Shown here piece by piece: positions 11,812 to 24,539 of a stretch of DNA of 64,000 bases. This DNA comes from Lama glama (Eukaryota), in assembly GCA_028534125.1 (NCBI GenBank), contig CM052818.1:44146001-44210000 (forward strand), given 5' to 3'. The notes beneath the pieces were generated by a model that was not told the DNA's origin, did no database searches, and saw only the letters and a program-made list of their open reading frames with translations. The position numbers and the translations under genes were made by a program. Numbering within the stretch: the first letter of the stretch is position 1; each line of letters begins with the position of its first letter.

Positions 11812-12949
11812 TCATCCATAGTCCCCCAAGTCTGCTGCACAGAGAATTACCAGGAAAGAGACTCCGGATCTTAGACATCATATTAAAACACGTGGCAGGC
11901 TGACATTGTTGCCTTATGATGATTTCTGCTTTCTGCCCTATTTCCTACTGCATTTCGCTCCAGTGACGCCTTATCTCCCATAAAGCAGGTGCACCGAGGA
12001 TACAGCAAAGGGAAGAGAGATGTGCCAAGAGGAAAGTAGATCTCTGAAAATGTACAAAGATGGAGGGGGTGGGACTTCTGCCAGAGTCTGCACCTGGCTC
12101 ACTCCTACCCTGCCCTCCTTAGGGATTTACACTGACTTGTACCAGTCGGAACTGGGTAGAATGTGGACCCCAAATTGTGAAGAGGGGGCTTCTAAGCTAA
12201 ATTGTCAGGTTTCACATAATGCAGTACGATTACACTGAACAGGTTCTCATCTCAGCCGCACTGCCGTGTCAGCCCCGGGCAAAGCTGCGGACCTTGGAGG
12301 CCTGATGGTTGGCAGAGGTGGTAATTACCCAGGGCAAGCAGAGAGCTCCGAAGAAGAGCTGTAATTTGAAGGTCTAGCAACTTCTGCTTCTACACAATTT
12401 TTCCTTCTACTGAAAACCTTGAAATCTATCAATTTGATTTATTAACGAAGGCTGTAATTTTCGAATAAAACACCCAGTCTGTAAGTTTGCTTTATTTAAT
12501 TGGGATAAAATTGGTCCTCTGAGCAATGTGTGTCATTGACAGAGTCACACATACTCCCTGTACTTCAGCTTCTCAAAATACAAAACAAATACTATTATCT
12601 GCAATTTTCCAGCAGGAGTAAATTCAACAAAGACTTTAAAATGAGCTTCAAATGTAAGATGGCATCCTTTCTGCCATATAGAGGTCTGGGGTTGGCCTGA
12701 GGATGCGCTCAGGAGAGGAAAAATAAATCAGAGAATTTCTCCTACTCTGTCTTTCAGTTAAAAGCCCCTGTCCCTCATCTCAAGAAAGAAAGTGAGGCTT
12801 TTTTCTGGGACTCTTTCTGCACAGTGAACAGGAGGATCCGGGCTGCCTTTGAATTGAAACTCGGAGTGTTCTCACTCCAGCTCAATCAGAACTGGACCTT
12901 GGCCAAATCTTGTCACCCGTTTATTATGCAATACTCCTTTTAGTTCTCA

Positions 12950-14180
12950 TGAAATACTTTTAAAAAGTGAGCATAGCTGAGTTAAGAAATTCTTCCCACA
13001 TTTAAAAGAATAAAAATTATTCGGAGAATGTTTTCAGACAGAGTGCAATTCAGGTAACAATAACCAGGAGATAATTTGAAAATTCACATCTGTTGAGAAA
13101 TTAAGATATACACTGTGACAACCTCTGGGTCAAAGAAGAAACGATCATGATTACTAAAACATTTTAATAACATGATAATAAAACATGGCAGAGCAAACTG
13201 ATGAGACATAGCTAAAGCGAAGTTTAGCAATGAATAGGCTTAAATAAATACACTGGAAAAGATCAAAGACTGAAAAATTAATATTTTCTCAATAGCCATC
13301 TCATGGTTTTAGGAATAGTAAATCAAGTCCAAAGAAAGTAGAAGAAAGCCAGCAAGAAAGATATAAAGAGAGGGTTAACGATAAAGAAAACATACACAGT
13401 AGAGCAGAAAGTTAAAATGCTAATAGATGGAGAAACCCCTGGACAAACTGACCAAGAAAACAGGAGACAAAAATATGAGTATCAGGAAGAAAAAGTGGGC
13501 TATTTGCAGATGTTACAGAATTTTAAAAAGCTTATCTAGAGGTAATTTGAAAACCTTAAGCAATTTTGAAGATTAGACAAACGCTTACACAAATTTCTAA
13601 CTCTAACATAGGAAGAAAAAAGAAATACAAACAGTCCATAAATTTTAAAGGGATTAAACATACAACTAAAAACTTGCTCACAAAAAGGAGTCTAAACACA
13701 GATTACTCATTGGTAAATTCTAAACTAACTTCATCAAGAAATAATATTAAGCTTAGGCCAACTTTTCTATTGAATAGAAAATAGGAAAAATTTCCCAGTG
13801 GTTCTTCTCATCAAATAGCATTTATTTCAACACTGCATTTAAACGTTAATCCGTGTAATTGATTATATTAACCAAAAAAAAAAAAATGAGAAAATTGATA
13901 TGACCATCTCAACAGATAAAATCATCCTGTTTATGACTATGAATGAAAACATGAAATTCATTGCTGAGTATCCAAATATATTTTGCTAGAAAAATTTTGT
14001 TAACCTGAAACAGTATTTGAAACAAACAAAAAAATTGTTTTAATTACACGGAAAAAATGTTAAGCGTTCCCTCTGTCATCAGGCATGGGACAAGTTTTCC
14101 CCACTATCACAAGTTACATTCAGTATTGTAATTGAGACCCTGGCCAGTACAATAAGATAGAGAAAAGGAAAAGTATAAGG
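12950..14180 (+). mobile_element. Degraded ancient L1 ORF2 region (endonuclease end toward RT, with deletions)
   Basis: A-rich; 'tgggtcaaagaagaa', 'atagctaaagc', 'ccaaagaaagtagaagaaa', 'atatgaccatctcaacagat', 'ccctggccagtacaataagata'. Confidence 0.8.
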
Positions 14181-14194
14181 TTGTGGTCGAGGAA

Positions 14195-14400
14195 CAGGGA
14201 TAAAACTGGTGCCATTTTTGCCTCTACAACTGAGCAGCTAAGAAAACTGGGCAAGTAGCTTAGTTTACTGACACCTCATTATCTTATCTACAAATTGAGA
14301 TTTTAAATAAATTCATCTCAGCATGATTCTAAAAATAAAATGAGATATCATGCGTCAAGTACCTAGCATAGTGCTTGACATTTCTTCTTATTAAATATTA
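14195..14400 (+). mobile_element. MIR
   Basis: 'ctgggcaagtagcttag...cttatctacaaattgaga...aaatgagata...acctagcatagtgcttgaca'. Confidence 0.7.
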
Positions 14401-14689
14401 AAAAAAAGCAAAGGAAACAGAGTGCAAAACCTTCCAGTGCTCTAAGATTGAAGAACCTCCAGTTCAGAAGTTGACCATATATGTGTGTTCCCCAGAACTG
14501 TCTTTCCCACTTAGCTTTTTGTGGTCTATATTTTTATCTTCCTAAGCCTTGAGACATGTGGGGAATTATTTTAAAAGGCAAGATCCTTTCCTTCCATAAA
14601 CAGTTTTCTATAATTTATCAATTCCCCACTGTGTACCAGGCCAATGGAGGAGCTCTTGGTAAGAAATAGTCATAATCTTAGTAACACAC

Positions 14690-14850
14690 ACCTTACATAC
14701 AGCACCTTGAATTTCAGTACGTTTTCATATACATCATGCTATCTGATCTTCACAATAATAAGAGAACATGGGTAGGGAGGCAATCTACCTTCACCCCTTG
14801 TTTTACAGATGAGAAAACTGAGGACCAGCGAAAATACAAAGTCTGTTAGT
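14690..14850 (-). mobile_element. MIR
   Basis: 'gttttacagatgagaaaactgagg'. Confidence 0.7.
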
Positions 14851-14979
14851 TAGTAACAAACCATAATAAACGCCCCCTCCTCTTGAAGATCTCTGGGAGA
14901 GTTTTTTTATAAAGGGGTATGAAGCCAGCCTCCGGTGCAACTGTGAGGCTGTGACGTGTGTGATGGAAAACATACTGAC

Positions 14980-15200
14980 TTGGAAGTCAGAAAAGATGAC
15001 GACTGAGCCAAAATACCTGCCTTGCTATTTATTATCAGGAGGGGGCCTTGGAAAGTGACCCCAACCTCTCCGAGTCTCAGTTCCCCTGTCTCTACAATAA
15101 ACATAGTGTCTCATTCCTGGGATTGTCCAAGGGCTAATTGAAACGTAGTTAAAAGCTTTTGGCACAAGTGGCTGGCAAATAGTAAATGTTTAATAAATCT
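14980..15200 (+). mobile_element. MIR
   Basis: 'aacctctccgagtctcagttcccctgtctctacaata...ctggcaaatagtaaatgtttaataaat'. Confidence 0.7.
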
Positions 15201-15999
15201 GACTTTGCCTTCGTCACTTTCTGCACATTCAGTGCCTCCAAAGGGCATTAACATCATTTAACATTTCCTCTGAAATACTCCCCTTTTTCTAATGTGGCCT
15301 CAGGGAACACAACTGTCTAAAACAGATGAAAGGAACCTGCTGAGGAATCAGATCTTCTCCTCAGCAATTCTGCATCGTCTGGTAAATTTTGAAGAGGTTT
15401 CTAATTTTCACAGATGCCCAGTGTGGAGAAATACACCAACACTCTTGCTCTATTAAAGGGCATTGAGTCAGATGACTCAGAAGGACCTTGAGGAACTCAC
15501 TGGTCAGGGTTCTGGAACGAACCTGCATAAATTATCTCTGCGCCCAGGGTCCGAGGTCATCAGGGAGCATTTGTATGATGGGAACAAGAATAAGACAGGC
15601 TGAACGCTGCACATTCCAGCATCTAGACATTCCCAGAGCAGAGGGGATGTGAGAGATCGTTATCCACACCCCTCAAGTTAGAAATAATGAGCATCACGTC
15701 CAGGGAGCGGAAGAGAGAGCTTAGGTCTAACAGACAGAAACAGTGCTGTTCCCACAGCCTCTTTGTCCATCCGCCACCCTTTCCGCATCTCCTCCAAAAC
15801 ACAGCATCCTGCTCTCTCTCAGTCAGACTTTCCTCGCACCTGCAAGCATGCACTAGGCATGTATGCCCTTTCCTGTGTTCCGTCCCAAAGCAAGACCAAA
15901 CCAGAAAGCAACCCTGTCCAAGAGTATGCAAGAGAGAGCTTCCCTGCTTCCCTGCCTTTCTTTCTCTTTACCAGCAAACCTCTTGGAAAGGTCCGTTGC

Positions 16000-16565
16000 A
16001 TTTGTTGCTTCTAATTTCCCCTTTACTTTTCAGCCCATTGAAATGAGATTTCTAGCCCTACCAGTCTTCGCCATTGACTAAGGACCTTCCGATGACTGCT
16101 TTCATTCCTCAACTTTTCTATTTATGCCTCCCTGAAACCCTTGTCCCTGGTTTCTGGGATGCCCTGGCCCTCCTTGCACCCCTCCTGAGACTGCGTCTCA
16201 GTCTTATTCGACATGAACCATTCCCCAATTTCCTTAAGCGACGGTATTCCACCGCTGGGGACACATTCAGGTCTCTGCAGGATCCCTGTCTCTGTTAATC
16301 TCGCCTATAACTGTAATCACTACTTCAATAGAACAATTCTTAGATTTATATACTTGCCTAAGATTCCATCCTTCATTCTAGACCCCAAATTTTACCTGAC
16401 TATAGGCCCTTCCAGGATTTCTTACTAATTCCAACAAATCAAATATAATTTATTCACTTTTTGTTTCCTGCAAAAATGATTCCTATATTGTCTTCTTACA
16501 CAGATGCAACCGTTGAAGTCATATTTTTTAAAAACTCATCTTTCTCCTCTGCCCTGAAATCTGAT
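16000..16565 (+). mobile_element. L2 ORF2-derived fragment
   Basis: Pyrimidine-rich; 'ctgaaacccttgtccctggtttctgggatgcc'. Confidence 0.45.
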
Positions 16566-16574
16566 TGGTAGAAT

Positions 16575-17295
16575 TATTAGTTAAAGGAATAATACCACTT
16601 TCAACGGTTTGAAAAAAAACAGCATATTTAGGGATTAATGTGGCCAAAGATATGCAAGACACGTAGGCCGTAAACAATGAATCACTGCTGAGAAAAATTA
16701 ATAAATAAATGGAGATACACACCTACTCCTGATTCAGAAGACTAAACATTGTTAAGACGCAAATTCTCCACTAATACAACCCCAGTCATAATCCTAAAAG
16801 CTTGTTTTTAAAAATTGATATCTGATTCTTAAATTCATATGGAAATAGAAATAACCCGGGGCAGCCAAACAACTTTGAAGAAGAGCAAAGTCGGGCATCA
16901 ACACAATGTGGTTTCCATACTCAAAGGTAGAGTATTAAACACAGTGTGGTAGCAAGATGGACAGAGAGAGTCAAGGAACGGAGTAGGGAATCCAGAAATA
17001 GCCCACACATATACTGACAGGCTTTGAAAGACATGCAAAGACAATTATTCAACAACAAATGGGGCTGGAATATCAGATATCCATATAAAAATGAACTTCA
17101 TACCTCGAACCATAGACAAAAATTAATTCAAAATATTGAATAGACTTAAGACATAAAACAATAAATCATCTAGAATAATACAAAGGGATGAATTTGGTAA
17201 CCTTGAGTTAGGCAGAAATTTTTTAGAGAAAAGACAACATACATCTTTACCAGATGACCCAGAAAGCCCTTCCTATGCATTTACCCAAGAGAAAT
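16575..17295 (+). mobile_element. Ancient L1 ORF2 3' half fragment
   Basis: 'atatttagggattaatgtggccaaagatatgcaagac', 'gaagactaaacattgttaagacg', 'aaattcatatggaaa', 'tccagaaatagcccacacatat', 'atttacccaagagaaatg'. Confidence 0.85.
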
Positions 17296-17669
17296 GGAGT
17301 TCACCCCTAAGGAGTGATCACAATCCCACTCTCTTTATTTGGGTTATTCAGCCTTTCTGAACAGCCACTGGCAGAACCCAAGACTCCACGATTCCAGGGA
17401 GATCAGATGTGGATGCCTGAGTTCCTACACTCCCATCTCAGCAAGCTCAGTGGCCCTTTCCTGCAGGAAAGCTGGGATACGCGGTCTCCTTAGACAATGG
17501 AGAGTGGGTCGCCGATGACTTTAAAACCACAGGAGAGACCTAAACCATCGCTAGGGCTGATGTATCCACAGAAAGTCGAGGACCAGGGGTAGCAGGCTTG
17601 AGTGTACATGAGCTGGCACGTCAACTGCATCTCACAAACCCCGTGATTCTTCTTCTTGCTCGTGTTCTG

Positions 17670-17900
17670 TATCAGGCCAAGCACTGACTTCTATTTATTA
17701 GCTAGGACTTGGGGGACAGACATACCTGCCTCGTCTTTTCAGCTGTTCAGTCTCAGATAAGAAACTGATATCTCAGAGTCCTTGTCTGCTAAAGGAGGAT
17801 CATATCTTCTGCAGGGAGTCCTTCTGAAGGTCAAATGAGAGGATGAAAAGCACTTAGCACCGTTTTCAGCACATAGAAAACATTTTCTAAAGAGTAACTA
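17670..17900 (+). mobile_element. MIR (interrupted)
   Basis: 'gaaggtcaaatgagaggatgaaaagcacttagcac'. Confidence 0.5.
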
Positions 17901-18259
17901 TTGCTATGGATCAAAACTGTCTCCACCTCGTTGCCATTTTCCCCGTCTACGCCCCCATCAACTCTCCCCTTTTATAGTCCACTGGGAGGTTTTTCTCCCC
18001 AGTGCGTCCTGGTCTGCTCGTTGTTGGACATCACATACCTGCACTACAAGAATGTGCAGACAAAAAAATGGGGGTATAATCTACATACTCAGCTGAACTG
18101 CCCAAGAAACAGGTCACTTTTAACCTAATATGCAGGTGTGATGAGATTAGGGGGAAAAAAAAAAGTATTTCAATCACTGTAGCTCCCAGAAGAATCAGTC
18201 AGCCCCTGGCATGTTTTCAGGTGTTTCCCTTGTCAATTCCCACGGGTCAGACAAGATGC

Positions 18260-18420
18260 TACTTAACATCAGACTCATCCTTAGAGCTCCCTGATACGGA
18301 TACTGTCACCCCACTTTACAGATGATAAAATTAAGCTTCATGGAATTTCAGAATTTTTTCCAAAGTCATGGCACAAACAACAAGACGAAGATTAAAATCT
18401 TCACTTGTCAACCCCCAGAT
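18260..18420 (-). mobile_element. MIR
   Basis: 'ccccactttacagatgataaaattaagctt...ccaaagtcatggca'. Confidence 0.65.
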
Positions 18421-18642
18421 CTGTTCTTTCCCCCCTTTGTGTAGTCTCCCTGCCTATGCAAATGTGGTGTTTTCATATACATTGGCCACCCACAAAACCC
18501 CTCATGAGGCCCCACTGCCATCCCCAAATCAAGAAATCTTATCCTGCAGAAGCAAAAGGAGCCGCGACAGGTGTGAGTTCAAGGTGAGCGCCATCCAGGG
18601 AACTTCAGAGACTCCAAGAGCCTCCTTGTCCTACCTAGCATC

Positions 18643-18696
18643 CCTCCTCAGGAACTGGGATGCCTCCTCAGGAACTACTGATGCCTCCTCAGGAAC
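18643..18696. repeat. Minisatellite, 3 copies of a 20-21 bp unit
   Basis: 'cctcctcaggaac' at 18643, 18663 and 18684. Confidence 0.9.
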
Positions 18697-21054
18697 CTGT
18701 GCCGAGCGTCTCAAACGTCTGAATTTTTCCTTTTTGACGTTTTAAATATTCCAGCTGCTCTCCTAACAACCATGTCTCGTGAGCACCCAGCCATAACCTA
18801 GGAAAGTGGGACCAGATGCCCTGGCAAGTGGTTACGGTTTAATGGTAAATAAATAGGTCCCTGGTAGTGCTCTTGTAGCTGGCTGGGGAGCCCGCTTCCA
18901 GCTGCTGGGCCCACTGACAGCTGGGTAAACACACTGCCGGGAGCTGCGAGCCCAGAACTACCAGCCAGTGCCCACAGCCCAGGAGGTGCCGGGACTGATG
19001 CTGTTCACCCATTAGCCGGTGAGAATTACCAAAGCCCTCGCTACTAAATCTCCTACTAAGTTGCCGTTAAAAGGGATGGTCCTATTTATTGAGCTGGAGA
19101 ATCAGAGGCAGGACTATGAATTTAGATAAAATTAAATCAAAATCTTTACATTGTCTCACAAGCCTGTATAGACCTCAGCTTCATAGTTAAGCCCGGGGCT
19201 TGGGCAGCATGTCCGGCACAGCTGACGTATCGATCACAAGCAGGGGTGGGTTGAAGTGGCAAGCCGTCAGTTCTGCTATGCATCCTTCCCACACACATCT
19301 ACTGACCAGCTCTGCGTTAGATCTGGGCTGTTACGCTCAGTGGGAGTATCTGGGTGGACTGCACTGTCTCTGTCTTCCTGGTGTATTAGGAGAAGCCAAT
19401 ATCTGAAGAAGTAGTTTTGATTCTGTGTGGCACACATAACAGCAAACATGTTTAGGCCAAAAAAGAGATAACCTCTAATGGGATTAAACAAGAGATCACT
19501 AAATGGAGGATGTGTGAGTCTGGTTTTAAGGCTGAATTTGAGGAGGTGGTGTGTGTGCTGGTGAAGGGTAAGTGTCTGTTAAGAAACGCCATCCACGTAG
19601 AGAAAGCAAAGTGTAGCAAGGAACGGGGGTGCCAAGGAGCAGGGGCATGTCTGGGAAGTCACAGGAGCTGGGAGTGGCACAAAACTGAGTCTGGGCGGGG
19701 GCAGGGGTGAAAAGGTGACCTCTCCTCCCAGCAGTGCCACTCGTTCATCTCAAGGCTGAATTCAGCCCCTAGAATGACGTCCAGCGGACACAGACGCGAG
19801 CACAGCCCAATCTGCGCTGTCTCCAAGGAGGAGGCGTTCCCTTTCCATGCCACACAACCCTTCCTTAGTCTCCTGTTAGACCCCTTCCCTGCTCCCGCGT
19901 TTCTCACCTCATGCTGTTAATACTGTCATTTTCTCTGCAGATCAGGGCTGAATTTTCCCCTCTATGGTTCTCTAACGCGTGGTGTATCTCTACCCCAGCA
20001 CCTATTTGAGTCTGGTCCCCTAAAATGGGAGGTTTTGGAGTGTAGGGACCATTCATCCCACATTTACAGGGCGTCTATTCAGGCCATACTCTCCGGGAAG
20101 CACTGACGTCGCTTGTGGTGTGTTTCAGGTCACTATCAGGAGTGCGGGAGCAGTCGAGACCCCTGTCCTAGCCTAGCCCTTCCGCGGTCAGCAGAGGCAC
20201 CAGCCTTACTGATTTCTCCTCATCCCAGTACCAGGGCCTCGGACAGTGGTGGTTAAACGATTGTGGCCCTGCTGTGTCTTGGAATGAGTAGTGAACTGAA
20301 GTCTAGAATACGGAGTTCATGTCCATTTCTCTAATACTAATGGCTGGACACATCTTGCTCATTCATTTTCCCACCAAACAAATAAAAATTAAAAAACTGT
20401 CCTATATCTGCAAAGTGCTTCCCAGCCCTCAATATGCTTTTTTATGCACTGACTCATCTATTTCTCTAATAGATCCATTTACAGTTGCAGAAAATGAGCT
20501 TTGGGGGTTAAAGGGCACAGCTGGAACTTGAAGCCAGGATTTTCTTCTCATTGCAAGTCCTGGTCTTGAGTTCTCTGAGGCCCCACAAAGCTCTAAAACT
20601 TTATATTCTGTGACTTGGGATTTCTTGTTCTCAGTGAAGTCTTGTCGCCCCAGCCTTATTACGTGTTGTTCATTCGAAACACGTCTAAAAGAATCATAGC
20701 CTTGACAGATGTCATTTGCTTCATTCTGAACAGAAATAATGATGGTTCTTCCTGCTGACAGCGGCTCCCTCCCTGACCTCAGTACGCGCTTCTATCCCCA
20801 GAAGGCAGAGGCCGGGCAGACGTCTGTTCCCAGGCAGCAGCTCCCTTTGCTGCCTGAACACCTTCCACAGCCTTTGAGATATAATAGTATTCTGTCGTCT
20901 TTGGTGGTGACATCTGCCCTGCAACAGACCCTTTCCTTTATAGTTTTCTCAAAGTTTAAAATCTTGCTCATGTAGTTTTTCTTAATGGCTGCACGTCTCT
21001 TTTGGTTTATGTGTGTGCTGTGCTGTGCTGTTCTGTGCCGTGTGGTACACCGGC

Positions 21055-21252
21055 AAGGATGGGAGATTTGGAATCAGAGGATGTCAATTTGTGTCCTGAA
21101 CTGGTGCCTTGGGACTTGGGGTGACTGACTTAGCTTCCTTGAGTCCTGGTCATCTATCAAACGGAAATAATAATAGCATTTGTCTTACCTGCTATTTCAC
21201 GTTGCTGTGATTATTAAATGCTATAAAAATAGTGTGCACACTGTTATTATTA
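21055..21252 (+). mobile_element. MIR
   Basis: 'ttggaatcagagg...tgacttagcttccttgagtcc...catctatcaaacggaaataataatag...gattattaaatg'. Confidence 0.7.
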
Positions 21253-21454
21253 CTCTAGTTTTATGAATAGCCAAACTATTGAAGAATTGTGCTAAGATAC
21301 CTAGAACAGAATTAAGCTGCAGCACTGTTAATCCGAGCCCACCCTGCACTAATGCAACAGAGTCTCTCTGTGACGTGGAAGTCTTATTACAAGGTGACTC
21401 TTCCAAGAGGCATGTGGCCCCGCCTGTGCAGATTTCAGGAAGGAAGGAAAGGAA

Positions 21455-21630
21455 TAAACATTTATGAGTCTCACTGTTTCCCAGATGTGTGCTAGACATG
21501 TGACATTTAATTTATTCTGAGCACCAGATGCTATAGAGTCAACATAATTATGCCCATCTTATAAGTGACGAGACCTAACGGCAGAGAGGATAAGGATTGT
21601 ATCCAGAGTAAGTCTGCTAATAGCTAAGGA
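21455..21630 (-). mobile_element. MIR
   Basis: 'acatttatgagtctcactgtttccaga...attatgcccatcttataagtgacgagac'. Confidence 0.6.
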
Positions 21631-22076
21631 TTTGCAGTCAACAGGGGTGGTTTTGGGTGCTGACACCTGTGTTTGGATCTTCTCTGTCCCACTTGGTTGG
21701 TCTGGGATAGACCAAAATTCTGGAGTCTCAATTTCTGAATCTGAGAAATGGCCATGACCTGCCTCATAGCATCACCAGAACACACGGCCCGGAGTCGGGC
21801 ACAGAATTTCCTTTCTTCCCCGAACGTCATGCATCCATTCTGGAGTCACCCTAAGTTTAGGTCTCCAGATTAAATGTTCCGCTTTTATCTTTGCAGCTCA
21901 CTGTAAATTCCTTGAGAGCATGGGCTGTGACTTACTCATCCTGCATCTCCATAAACCCCAGAGTGGTGCTAAAGGCACACTATATAACTGGAGCCACTTG
22001 GCCAGAACACTAGACTTGGAACTGAAAGACCTGGGTGTAAGTCCAGATTCTGCATGCGTGAATTTATGCAAAGGTT

Positions 22077-22101
22077 TTTTTGTTTGTTTGTTTGTTTGTT
22101 T
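22077..22101. repeat. (TTTG)n microsatellite
   Basis: About 5 TTTG units. Confidence 0.9.
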
Positions 22102-23364
22102 TCCCCTCTCCATCATCTCAGGTTTCTTCTTCTGTGTAACACTCCTCTTTCACACACACACTATGAAAATTAAGTAAATTTAAGCCCGTTGTTAAACTAC
22201 TCTGAAAATCCTCAACTGGAGAAAATATTGTGAATGACCGAGTACACCTTGTTTCCACCTAAAATAAGGCAGTTAATTTAAATCTTATCTAGTGTCATCC
22301 TCATCTCATCTCTCCTAGCTAGCCTTACTCTTTAGGTCTTTAGTGGCATGATAGAAGTCTAGCTCCGGAAAATACTCAGGGCTATGTGAAACCAGTGACT
22401 AAAACAGTTAACTGCATTAATTACAGGAAACTGGTTGAATTTGCCAGTCATGCTTTCTAGTTCTGATTATTTGCTGAGTGGAGTCAACTGCCTCCTGCAT
22501 CATGGTCTTATCATACATTTGCACTCAGTTTCTTGTTCTCTGACACCATTGCCTTCCACAGAGCCTCCTTGTCTCAGTAAATTGGGAGGAGGGGAAATCA
22601 AGTGATACAGATGAATGAGGAAGATATATCTGCATCTAATTGAAGCAGTCCAAATATAATCAAAAGAAGCAGAGAATTTGGAATTATCTTGTCATTTTAA
22701 ACTGTTAAAACCAAAATATTCAGGGATGAGATGAATTCCAATGGATCTTGAGAACCTTTCTGCTTGCAGTAGAAGGATCATGTGTATCTGGACTGAATTC
22801 ATATACAGGCTCCCAGAATCTTAATAGAAGAGTAATCATGACCCACATGTTTTATGAAACTGCATCGAGCTTTTGTCATTTCATACATTTAGGCTTGTAA
22901 ATTATTGTAATCATCTGTCTTAAGTGACTTATTAAGGAAGGTAAAAGGCAATGAGGATTGCTTTTTCTGACTAAGATATCCAAGAATTGTCATAATAAGC
23001 AGTGCTCTTAAAGTGGTAATCAAATACTTCTATATAACTGACAGCCTAATCTTAGCATTGTGTGCAGATAAGTGGATTAAAGTCAACTCTCTTTCCAAAT
23101 TGATAAACATTTATAGAATAGAAACTTTGCCTTAGAATTAAAAAAAAAAATCCTGAAAAATACAAGAGATGTGACCATCTCTTGTAGAATCAGAGACAAC
23201 CACAGATGGCCTTTTCTTTTCTTTTCTTGACTGAAGACTATTCCAGAACATTGGTGAAAATTTTATAATTAGATATACGACACATGATATACCCAAACTT
23301 GATAGGAGAGGAAACAATTGAAGTGACTCGGGAAGAAAACCCCAGTATTTGTTCAGCAGCTAGT

Positions 23365-23560
23365 ATGTACTAAATACTTGAGTGTACCTGGCACCGTCTT
23401 AGGTACTTGTAAACGTAGTATCTCATTTATTCTTAAAAAAAAATTTACCAATATTTGACCCCTCTTTATGAATGAAAACATTTTGGCCTGGAGAGGGGAC
23501 CTGGTTTCCTGGGGCTTTGTACTTAATGTCAGAGTTAGAATTAGAACTCCAGTCTCCACC
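23365..23560 (-). mobile_element. MIR
   Basis: 'cctggcaccgtcttaggtactt...tatctcatttattctt...agttagaattagaactccagtct'. Confidence 0.55.
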
Positions 23561-24539
23561 ATCAGATACATTATTCTTTCCTATACAACATCACAATATG
23601 TTGTTTGCACAAAGGAATGACGTGAAGAAAAGATTTCCATAAGAAAAGCATAAAATACGTCACTCTAAGACTCTGAATGTTTTCCGTGTAACAGGCAAAA
23701 CATTCCCCTTTTCTGCTACAGTGTTTATAAATCAAGGAGGGGCTGAGTCCAACAAATGCAATCACACAACTTCCCTGGTTCTACCGGACTTCACGTGCGT
23801 AATTACACTGAATAACAACGTTACACAGGCTGCTGCTTTGGACGCACATGCTCCTTGTTCGCCTGGTCTGTTTGCACTGGCCGCACAGGTTCATGGGTAA
23901 TCTGAAATCTGTACTTGTCTGGACCCTTTTGTAGGCACACGTTTTCCTCTCCACAGTCACTTCTCTGTCATAACGCCACGCTTCAGAGGCCAGCGGCTCA
24001 CCTGCTGCTACAGCTCGAGCCTGAGATAAATCAAGTCAGAACGGGATTTATGAATCATCTCTTCCACCACATTTTACGGGAAAATTCAAGCTGAAAACCG
24101 AAATCATTTGGCATTGACTCAGAGTGAGACTTCCTGAAGCAGTGAAAGGAAAAGGAAAACTATTTCAAAACAGTCACATCGTCTGAAATAGAGCTTAACC
24201 CCAGTGACCCCACCTGCATGATAAGCCAGAAACTTAGCTTCCAGGGCCACAGAACTCTGCGGAGGAAAACTCAAGATGCGCCTATCCATTCTGTGACTGG
24301 TTTTGATTTCTTTTTGTCCACATTCCTATTAGGTGGCCAAAGAAATCCCATTCCCTGAAGCAGATTGTGCCTCTTATAATAAGCCTCACTTGGAGAAGGA
24401 AATCCAATCATTCATCCCATCGATTCATCAGTCAGCCAGCAGGTATTTATGGCGAAGTTACCGCCATTTGTTAAATACTTCTCAGGTACTTGATATCAAC
24501 CAGGTGATTCTATATATTTAATTTTACTTAACCTTCAAA

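Noticed and set aside
13566..13784. Lys-rich 72-aa ORF
   Set aside because: Chance open frame within a decayed L1 ORF2.
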